Source: Phycisphaerae bacterium
Lineage (GTDB): Bacteria; Planctomycetota; Phycisphaerae; UBA1845; Fen-1342
Reading direction: 5' to 3'
Length of the DNA stretch: 64,000 nt
NCBI GenBank assembly: GCA_963675745.2
Contig: CAXXWX010000021.1
Span: 1-64,000, forward strand
In this document: in pieces, positions 38,101 to 46,400 of the stretch
Position numbering within the stretch: the first letter of the stretch is position 1
Layout: each line of letters starts with the position of its first letter
The notes under the pieces: model-generated
Databases searched by the model: none
Seen by the model: the letters and a program-made list of their open reading frames with translations, nothing else
What the model was told of the DNA's origin: nothing
Position numbers and translations under genes: made by a program

Positions 38101-38184
38101 AACTCCGGATATGAGCAGTGTCGCCACCGATAGTGTACAGAGCCAGGATACCAGGGGTTTCCGTTTCGCAGCCCTACTGTGCAT
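35101..38184 (-). CDS. Secreted S1 (lysyl-endopeptidase-like) serine protease with PPC/FN3-like domains, DCNxNxxPDxCD repeats and dockerin-like tail
   Basis: Signal peptide, CSGTLL, YFLTAAHC, DWTLL, VHHPSG, GSSGSG, terminal GDMNCDGLINNGDIDPFV...DVNGDSLVNNGDIDAFV. Confidence 0.88.
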   Translation of the reverse strand: MHSRAAKRKPLVSWLCTLSVATLLISGVVAGEAAAQMRGTPSTPTDIIGAGPSDAVEAGALGNGWPIDYTPAVPMVTLPSTTQTFDAPPAYPVVTLPPLDTAALLDEDAVSEGWDNPPRVGVNRELPLQMPGNWALTADGGHLWTLAITSPSAKQLRLHFDAFSLPAGAELYAFSPKYPDQVVGPYLDSGPHGTGAFWTGTIQGETAYIEYYVPAGLAAEVPFDIDELAHMYRVLSLPNDLRAPLDCMGDVACYSAWEDVSYSVAKITFEDDGGGWYNCSGTLLAAQNNDQTPYFLTAAHCIDTNSEAQTMEAEWFYQNATCGGSLMTSRYSSNASLLGTSGEGGSADWTLLMINGVLPAGVYWSGWTSSDPASGTWSVGVHHPSGSWKRYSRGRRQYGYSDFHRIQWDVSGAVGTIYYGSSGSGIFREDNQQLFGICSFGYGEAGCDNLNVDIYYGKFSYVYSSMSSYLAAGPDDGYENNDSCAGAATLGEGSYSNLVVKSVDEDWYRIYLANEDQVEIQLSFTDGYGNINAELYDSCGGSVVASGTTTTSNEVLYHTNFGSGAYFYLRVFLADDTRNEYDLDITIGTFADTDPPTPNPMTFASPPVPLTDSSITMTATTATDLITPPVSYYFESPDGHSSAWQSGTAYVDNGLAANTRYQYRVKARDNADPPNETATSTWYTPATDIETPDVTIGTVTTSSIALSTTQSMSNLTEGYSGVYFDSETTGGDGGLNEWIQVETDTAASLAVNTSYTFRAKGRNQSSFETDWGASATKATLALAPISPTIANVGVSTLDVNVRPNSNPAYTEFAIECLTSDGAWNGRFVSASGTASVSPVWQTDAAWGTITVQGLDADTEYCFHVKARNVDNVETAYSGQNCATTGKDCNGNDVPDADDISGGFSQDCNGNSIPDECDIADCDPNDPACQDCNTNGVPDECDISGGTSTDNNLNGIPDECESGEYELGDMNCDGLINNGDIDPFVLALTEPGDYAATYPECDINLADVNGDSLVNNGDIDAFVALLSK

Positions 38185-38589
38185 CTTCATCTCCCAATTG
38201 CACCCCCACGACGTTACGCGCGACACGGTCAACGCGGCGGAATTCTTGTGGACCTTTGGCTCGAAACCGGTTGCGGAGACTGGGCCACAACCCGATTACT
38301 GCTGAGCACTGCCAGACATCCAGCTTCATCTTTGAGCGATTATAGAGACGTACCAAGCCTGACGGCGGCCTTATCACGGGCCGCACCCGCAAATCACACC
38401 TTGCCACGCAAGGTGTTATCGCCCGGCTGAAGTTGCTTCCTCAACCTCCCGCACGATTACGATAAGACACGCTCCGTGCGCTCGCTCCACAGGTGGGTCT
38501 CTCCACCCGACATCCGCTATCGTAAGCAGACCAGGGGGGTGAGGGCAAGGGATTATTCAGGCGAGACCGTCGGCCGGCGGGCGTGGGGG

Positions 38590-38811
38590 TTATTTAGCGG
38601 ACTTACGGGATCGCCCGGATCCCCGCGTCTTACCAGCCGAATCGCCGCGCCGCGCCTGCCATTCGCACGGCGCATTCTTGTTTACCAGCTCGCGCAGCTT
38701 CTTGCACCACACCGCCGACATGGTGCGGCAGATTCCCGCGGTGTCGGCGGGTGGAAAATCCGCATGTGGGCACGCAAAATCACAGTATTGAGGAACGCTC
38801 ACCTTGCTCAT
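38590..38811 (-). CDS. Small Cys-rich hypothetical protein
   Basis: 73-aa ORF MSKVSVPQYCDFACPHADF..GICRTMSAVWCKKL..NKNAPCEW with five Cys and a basic tail. Confidence 0.55.
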   Translation of the reverse strand: MSKVSVPQYCDFACPHADFPPADTAGICRTMSAVWCKKLRELVNKNAPCEWQARRGDSAGKTRGSGRSRKSAK

Positions 38812-39429
38812 GATGACGCAGTATTGGGCTTTCTGAGTGTAATAGCAATAGCCGGACACATGACGCCGCAACGACGGTGAGTCGGGCCTGAAGTCGGCGA
38901 TGATTTGCATTGCCGTAAAACTGTGCTAGGCTGAATAGTAGGGCTGCGTCGGTCAACAGGCAGGCCCGAACATGTCCATTGAAATAACCGTAATCACGCT
39001 GGCCGCGGGTTTTCCAAGGTCAGTCACGCTGTTTGGCAGGTAGTCGGATAGGTCAATCAACGGGGGTATACAGGAGTGGTTCGTCGTGACCCGGCTGGCC
39101 CCTGCGCGGGCGCTGGCTATGCGGATGCGAGATGCGGAGCGGCCCTTGATCGCACCGGTCGGCCGGGTACGTATTTGAAGTTAGACCGCGGGATGATCCG
39201 CGCGTTACATGGAACTGATACCAGGGGAGTGGGTTAGTTTCGCGCGCGCACAGGTCGTTTCGGAATGTGCCCTGGGTGAATGTTCCGACCTGTGCGCGTC
39301 CGTTTACAACCTGTCGCCTCGCGACCGTGACAAAGTGGGAGTACTACATTCAGCAGGCGCGGCGGCGACATTCATAGCCCCATTGCGGGGCGTGTGCTCC
39401 GTGACAAGTCAACGGAGCACAAATACGAC

Positions 39430-39464
39430 GCACGGGCAGCTTGCTCTGCCCGTGCACGTTTTTT
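39430..39464 (+). terminator. Rho-independent terminator-like hairpin on the + strand
   Basis: GCACGGGCAG-CTTGCT-CTGCCCGTGC followed by ACGTTTTTT. Confidence 0.55.
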
Positions 39465-39559
39465 AGGGGGCGATCATCGAGATACCGTGCACGTGGCGCG
39501 CTGTATGTTGTGTGGGCTTGGTGCCATGGTCCGGCCGGTCGCCGTTGCATAGCTGCCGG

Positions 39560-39871
39560 CTATGGGGACTCGGCGGATAGCTTGTCTTGGACGCTGCGCA
39601 CTTTTTCCGCCATTGTCTGGCGGCGGTCGGTGCGCGTGCCGAGCTTTACGGTGGTCGAGATTCGCGGCGCGCCCATTTCGTGGATCGCCTCATGACAGCT
39701 ACGCAGGGCGGCAAACACGGTTTCCCACTCACCTTCGACGTTCGTGCCGTACGCATGTAACTGCGGGTTCAAGCCGGCCTGCTTGAGAATCCGCTCGCAC
39801 GCCGCAATATATCGAGACACGGAAACACCGACACCAACGGGTACAACGCACAAGTCCGCGATCACGTCCAT
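39560..39871 (-). CDS. MTH1187/UPF0045 family thiamine-binding protein
   Basis: IADLCVVPVGVGVSVSRYIA, LHAYGTNVEGEW, HEMGAPRISTTVKLGTRTDR. Confidence 0.92.
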   Translation of the reverse strand: MDVIADLCVVPVGVGVSVSRYIAACERILKQAGLNPQLHAYGTNVEGEWETVFAALRSCHEAIHEMGAPRISTTVKLGTRTDRRQTMAEKVRSVQDKLSAESP

Positions 39872-40429
39872 CGTGACACCTCATATCAAAACCAGGCCGA
39901 ATCACCTTGCAGATTCTAAGTGCGTTTCGCCGCTCGGTGTAATGATCGATATGTCAATCCGCTGGCGGAGTGGTTGGGGGCTTCCAAGCGACGCCAGGGG
40001 CAAGGCCCCGGAACGGGCATCGTTTCTCGCTCAACGGATCGGTACCCGGGGCATTGCGCGCCTCCGCCATCTGTTCTTCCTAACGGTTAGTATGGGCGCC
40101 AGCGAAAGTCCGCCGCCGCGCTGAACCAGCGAATGCGGCGTCTGTGGCGGCGCGCCGTCGTCGGCCTACCTTACATGTGAGCGAGCAGATTGCTCCAAGC
40201 GCCTTGTGTTCGCACGCGCTCAGCCGGCTGCGCGCGCCGTTCCGCGGGCAGTCGGGAGCCTCACCCCCCTTCGGCGAAGACCGCGCCCGCGTAGCGCTGC
40301 TTCCGATGGTCGGGAGAGAGCCTGCAAAATGTGCGCGCGGAATGGCGTGGCGCGGTACAATGAGCCCGAACCGCGCAGCTGCGGAGGAAAGCAAGGCCAT
40401 CTGGGGAGTATCAACCAAGGAGAAATGTC

Positions 40430-43075
40430 ATGCGTAACTCATGGCGACTGCGCCTAGCCACGATGCTGGGGCTGACGTGGACCTGCGCGGTTGCGGCACA
40501 GACACCCACAACGCACGACCCGGCCGGCGAACGTCAGGGATCGGAGCTGGGGCTGATGCCCGCCGGTTGGAACGCGGCACCGGAACGCCCCGAACCGGGA
40601 GGACGGCCCGGTCCGCGGCTGAAATCCAGTGACGAAACGCAGATGGTCCTGGGAGATCTCGCCGACGGTCCTGCTTCGCGTTGGCTCGGCGACATCCTCG
40701 TGACCGATCCCACCTACGATCAGGTCGAGCCGGCGATGTGCAAGGCGCCCGACGGCATGCTGTTCATCGCCGTCGAGCAGTACGGAGTTGACTACGACGG
40801 TTGGGTGCGGATCTACCGCTCCACGGACGGCGGCCGGACCTGGGCCTGGCTGGTCAGTTTCATCACCGGCGACGAAGCGCGGAATCCGTCCATCACCTAC
40901 GCCGAGCGCGACTCCGGAGAGAAGTGGGTCTTCCTCGCGTATGAAGTGACGATGTTCGACTCCACGAAACGTATCGTGGTGGTTCGATTCGATCCCGACG
41001 ACCCCGGCGGCACGTGGGCCGCAGTGACCGCGGCAAGCGGAATCACCGGGACGTCGGACATCTACCCGCGCATCTGCACGGATTATCTGATGTACAACGT
41101 GTTCTACGTGTACGTCACGTATTCCGTGTACGCGATCGACTACTACGCGACGATGTTTACGCACAGCGAGGACTACGGGGTGAACTACTCAACGCCCCAG
41201 GACATCACGGGCGGCTCAGAGAGCTCGACATTCGCGAGCCGTCCCGACATCACCTACGGGGCCGCCGGCCTGTTCGTCGCGTTCGAGAAGCCGGGCTGGT
41301 CGGGTAGCGCCTGGAAAACGCAGGTCTGGGTGACGCGCAGCACGAACTACGGCAATTCATGGAACGCCCCCGTGCAGTTGACCACGGCGGAGGACGGCGC
41401 CTGGCATCCGTCCGTCGCGGCCGCCGTCGGTGTCTCGACGGTGATGGTCGCCTATACGCAGTCATTCGCATCCCAGACCGACATTTTCTGCGCGTACTCA
41501 ACGAACGGCGGCACTTCTTACACTCCGAGCAGTGCCCTGCCGCGAACCTTCGACAACGAGAAGAGCGTGGCCTTGTCCGTCAGCGACAACGGTGGCCGCT
41601 ACCACGCCGCCTTCTGGCGCGCCTATGACATCGAGTACACCTACACCGATGCCACGTCGCCGCTGCCCTGGGCCCCGGTGACCCTGGTCAACGAGATCAA
41701 TTGGGCGAGCTCGACCTACAGCCGGCCTGCGATCTGCGTCAACCCGACCAAGCCGCTGGCCCAAGAAGCCTGCGTGGCGTGGACCGACTATCGTGGGGAT
41801 TTCTACGACGTGTACTTCGACGCCGGATTCCACGACGGCGCGTGCTGTCTGCCCGACGAGTCCTGCTTCGAGACGAACGCGACCGAGTGTGTGGCCGCCG
41901 GCGGCACCTGGCAGGGTTCGGGCATCGCGTGTGATTCGGATCTCTGTCTCATTGACCCGTGCGATGAGGACGTGCAAGCGCCGACTGCGACGCTTGATCT
42001 GGGAGATTTTCAATGCGTCCCGTACTCCGATTCGACGCCGGTAGTCGGCGTTGCCAGCGATCCCGAGGATAACCTGCAGAGCTGGGCGCTTGAGGAGCGC
42101 GGTATGGGGGCCGATCCGTGGGCCATCGTGGCCGAGGGTTTCACGCCTGTCGTCAATGGCGTCCTGGCCAACTGGAATCCCGCCGCACCCGGGTATCGCA
42201 TGCTGCGGCTGACTGTTGTCGACGCGTGCGGGCACGCGGCGACCGACGTGCACCTGATGTACGCGGACCAGGGCCCGCAAGCGACGATCAATTACCCGAT
42301 CGACGATGCCGTCATCGGGGGTTCGGCGGTCTGCATCGATGCCCTGGTGAGCCATGGTGTGTGCGCGATCGACTGGCAGCTGGAGTATCGACCGATGGCC
42401 GGCAGTTGGATCTATCTCGCGGACGGGACTAACGCGGTCTACAACCTGCCGTTGACGCACTGGGATACGACCGCCGTGCCCGATGGTCAGTACGAAATTC
42501 GGGTCACCGCGTCATCAGTGGGCGGTACCACTGTCGACACAGTCATTGTGACCGTAGACAACACAGCGCCGGAGGTCGGGCTCGACCAGCCGCTGAACTG
42601 CGCCTGGGTCGACGGCGTGTTGGAGATTTACGGCTTTGTGCATGACGACAACCTGAGCGGATGGAGCCTCCACTGGACCGGAGGGCCGTCGAATTCGTGG
42701 AATCCGATCCAGTCCGGTTCAGGGGCGATAGACGGACTGCTCGCGACCTGGGACGTGAGTGGCCTGTCGGACTGCTCCTACACCCTCCGGCTCAGCGCCA
42801 GCGATCAGGCGCGCCTGAACTGCACGAATGACTCGCACTGGGTGGAGTTTCTTGTTTCCGTGCGCGTCGGCGCCGCGTACGCGCGCGGCGACTTGAACTG
42901 CGACGGTTGGGTCAACAACGGCGATATCGATGCGTTTGTTTTTGCACTGTCGTTCCCCGAGCAGTACGCCGACGAGTACCCGGGTTGCGATATCATGAAC
43001 GGCGACATCAACGGCGACGGCGATGTCAACAACGGCGACATCGACGCTTTTGTGGCGCTGCTTGGCGGGATGTAG
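40430..43075 (+). CDS. Secreted protein with BNR/Asp-box propeller, Ig-like repeats and dockerin-like tail
   Basis: Signal peptide, Asp boxes STDGGRTW, SEDYGVNY, STNYGNSW and STNGGTSY, GACCLPD, WDTTAVPDGQY, terminal GDLNCDGWVNNGDIDAFV...GDINGDGDVNNGDIDAFV. Confidence 0.8.
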   Translation: MRNSWRLRLATMLGLTWTCAVAAQTPTTHDPAGERQGSELGLMPAGWNAAPERPEPGGRPGPRLKSSDETQMVLGDLADGPASRWLGDILVTDPTYDQVEPAMCKAPDGMLFIAVEQYGVDYDGWVRIYRSTDGGRTWAWLVSFITGDEARNPSITYAERDSGEKWVFLAYEVTMFDSTKRIVVVRFDPDDPGGTWAAVTAASGITGTSDIYPRICTDYLMYNVFYVYVTYSVYAIDYYATMFTHSEDYGVNYSTPQDITGGSESSTFASRPDITYGAAGLFVAFEKPGWSGSAWKTQVWVTRSTNYGNSWNAPVQLTTAEDGAWHPSVAAAVGVSTVMVAYTQSFASQTDIFCAYSTNGGTSYTPSSALPRTFDNEKSVALSVSDNGGRYHAAFWRAYDIEYTYTDATSPLPWAPVTLVNEINWASSTYSRPAICVNPTKPLAQEACVAWTDYRGDFYDVYFDAGFHDGACCLPDESCFETNATECVAAGGTWQGSGIACDSDLCLIDPCDEDVQAPTATLDLGDFQCVPYSDSTPVVGVASDPEDNLQSWALEERGMGADPWAIVAEGFTPVVNGVLANWNPAAPGYRMLRLTVVDACGHAATDVHLMYADQGPQATINYPIDDAVIGGSAVCIDALVSHGVCAIDWQLEYRPMAGSWIYLADGTNAVYNLPLTHWDTTAVPDGQYEIRVTASSVGGTTVDTVIVTVDNTAPEVGLDQPLNCAWVDGVLEIYGFVHDDNLSGWSLHWTGGPSNSWNPIQSGSGAIDGLLATWDVSGLSDCSYTLRLSASDQARLNCTNDSHWVEFLVSVRVGAAYARGDLNCDGWVNNGDIDAFVFALSFPEQYADEYPGCDIMNGDINGDGDVNNGDIDAFVALLGGM

Positions 43076-43081
43076 CCATGC

Positions 43082-43259
43082 CGTCCTTCAGGGACGGGGT
43101 GAATATAGCCCGGCACGAATGGCTGGGGTGATCTTCGCCACGTGAAGGCTGAGTCCCGCCGGGATGGCTGTGCTCTAAGTCGTCCCGGCGGAACTTGGCG
43201 GCCAGGTACGTGATGCAAACCCAGCGCGGCTGGGCTATTTTCAGATGGCCCTGCGGGGC
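43082..43259. repeat. About 180-bp palindromic intergenic element (REP/MITE-like)
   Basis: GAATATAGCCCGGC (43101-43114) is inverted relative to GCTGGGCTATTTTC (43229-43242). Short hairpins CGTCCTTCAGGGACG and GCCCTGCGGGGC mark the ends. Confidence 0.55.
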
Positions 43260-43489
43260 AAACAACTCGGAAACCGCGGCGGCGGGATTCTCGCCGGTGC
43301 TGTTACGGCCCCCGAGCAGGCCACGCGCGCTGCGGGTGCTTGCATCCGCCACGGCCGATTGCTACTTTGGAGATTGGTCAGGGGATAGAGGCCACGGGGC
43401 ACACTCGCGCAGCTTCCCTTCCGCGGCGCAATCCCCACAGCCCGCGCGGGCTGCAAATCGACGGTCACATTCCTGGGGAGGAAGTGCAG

Positions 43490-46400
43490 ATGTTCGTTCG
43501 CGCACGAAATGCGGCAGCGCTCACGACGCTGGTTCTACTGTGTCTCAACTCCACTGTCGTGGCCCAGTCGCGGCTGTTCGTGAAGTGCGACGCAACGGGA
43601 GCCGACGACGGTTCGTCCTGGGACGACGCCTACGTGTATCTCCAGGATGCGCTCAGTGCGGCGGCGGGCTCAGGCGGGACCGTAACCACAATCTGGGTCG
43701 CCGGCTGCACTTACAAACCCGACCAGGGCCAGGGGCTCACGCCCGGTACGCGTACGCTGTCGTTCGAATTGCAGAACGGCCTGGCGATCTATGGCGGTTT
43801 TGCCGGCGATGAAGACCCGAACACGTTTGACATCGCCGACCGCGATTTCGTGACGAACGAGGCGATTCTCTCGGGCGATTTGGCCGGCGATGATGATCCG
43901 AACTTCGTGAATTACGGGGAGAACAGCTACCACGTCACTGTCGCGCTCGGTGTCAACTCAAGCGCGAAAATCAACGGCTTCACCGTCAGCGGCGGTAACG
44001 CGGATGGCGGCGGGGCCGATAGCGAGGGGGGCGGTATTCGCATAGATGCCGGCGCGCCGATGGTCGTGAACTGCATCTTTCGCGCCAACACTGCTGAGCT
44101 TGGTGGAGGCGTTGCGAACCGACACGCCACACCGACGCTGACGGATTGCCGGCTTGAGGGCAACGCGTCAAGCGCAAGTGGTGGCGGGTTGTTCAGCCGG
44201 GACACGGATAGCCACCCGGCAATGATTGGCTGCGTGCTCACCGGAAACGCCGCTGTCAGCGATGGTGGCGGTGTTTTCGTCTGTTGCGGCACCGAACTGA
44301 CGCTGACCGATTGCCAGTTCGTCGGGAACACAGCACAGTACGGTGGTGGACTGACCAACCATGAGTGCGACGCCGCAATCACTGGCTGCGCGTTCTCGAA
44401 CAACAGCGCATCGGTTGAGGGCGGCGGCGCGCTGTGCGCCTGGGAGGGCAACCCCAGCTTCCAGAACTGCACGTTTACCGGCAACAGCGCCCCATCCGGC
44501 GGCGGCATTTACCACGGCGGCACCGGCACGCCCAGCTTTGTTGACTGCACGTTTGAACAGAACACCGCGACCAGCGTCGGCGGCGCTTTCTTCGTCGGCG
44601 ACGACAACGCCTTCCAGCTCACGCGCTGCCACTTCAACTACAACCATTGCGATAACGACGGCGGCGCGATTGCTTGTCACACCGCCACGCTCACGCTCGA
44701 CGACTGTGACTTCACCGGCAACACCAGTACGTACGGCGGCGCATTCGCACTCGGATGGGACGGCAGTGCGGACTTCACCGACTGCGAGTTCATCAGCAAC
44801 GAGAGCACCGACCGCGGCGGGGCCATTCAGGGCTGGGGCACGGAAGGTTCAATCTCCGCGCTGCGCTGCACGTTCACCGAAAACAGCTCTGACACCAGCG
44901 GCGGCGCGATCGACTATCGCAACGGAACACTCACGCTGACCGAGTGCGACTTCGTAGACAATAGCTGTGTTTACGATGGCGGCGCCGTAAACACGTATGA
45001 CTCCGCCGTACCCGATTACAGCGGCTGCACATTCACCGGCAACCACGCCGGCACGGTCGGCGGCGGAGCATCAATCTGGGCAACCCAGAGCGGAACGCTG
45101 GCCTACTGCCACTTCGAGAACAACACATCAGGCGACGCCGGCGGCGCGGTCTTCATCAGCGAGAGCGATCCGACCGTCGACACCTGCACGTTTACCACCA
45201 ATTCCAGCAACTGGGGCGGTGCGCTGGAAATCAGCGGCAACGACTGTCAACCGCACATCCTGGAGTGCGTCTTTGCCAGCAATATCACGACCGGCGCCGA
45301 CGGTGGTGCCATCAGCAACAACGGCTCATATCCGACCATCGAGGGCTGCAATTTCTCTGACAACCACGCGGCCGATGATGGCGGCGCTATCCGCATGTAC
45401 TACGCTTTCCCCGTTATCACCGACTGCGACTTCACCGACAATACCTGCGCCGACCGCGGCGGCGCTCTGTATGACGGCTCCGAGGTCGGGCCGACTGGTG
45501 ACGTCATTGTCAGCGGATGCACTTTCACCAACAGCCACGCCGGCAATGCCGGCGGGGCGCTCTACCAGATGAGTAGCACGGCCTACACGTTGACGGACTG
45601 CGAACTGATCGGAGGAAGCGCCAGCTCTGGCGGCGGTGTGTGGGCCGTGATCGGCGATCTCACCATCCGCGACACGCTCATCCGCGATGGCAACGTCAGC
45701 GGGCGCGGCGGGGGGATTTGGGCCCAGACCATGAACATCACCATCGTCGACACCGACCTCGTTGGAAACACGGCAACGGTTGACGGCGGGGGCATGGCGT
45801 GCAGCGGTGCGACACTCACCGCCTGCAATCTGCGCCTCCTCGGCAACGGCACGAACGGCAGGGGCGGCGGGCTCTGGAGCCTGCAAGGCAATGACTCCAT
45901 AACAAACTGCGCCTTCGGCAGCAATACGGCCGGTACGCAGGGTGGCGGCTTGTTCACTTGGTCCACCGTCACTGGCTCATTCTCGCTGAATGTCACCAAC
46001 AGCACATTCGCCGGCAATTCCGCCAACGCCGGCGCGTCGATGCACTGCGGCTACGGCGGTGGATCCCCGATTGCCGTCGAGGTCCACAACTCGATTCTTT
46101 GGGACGACGTCGCCGGCATCGTCGATATTGATGGTTCGGTCAATGATGTCACCTACTGCAACGTCATGGGGGGATGGGCCGGCGTCGGCAATGTCAACGA
46201 GGATCCCAAGCTCGTCGATATCGATGGCACCGACAATATCCCCGGCACGCTTGATGACCTGCTGATCCTCGGGGCCGGCTCTCCCTGCATCGACGCCGGC
46301 AGCAATGACGCCGTCCCCGCGGACATACATGATCTGGACGGAGACCTGAACACGACCGAGCTATTGCCCTACGACCTGGACGACGTGCCGCGCTTCGTGA

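Noticed and set aside
39872..40429. TPP riboswitch upstream of the thiamine-binding-family gene
   Set aside because: No recognisable TPP aptamer motifs were seen by eye; an Rfam scan would settle it.
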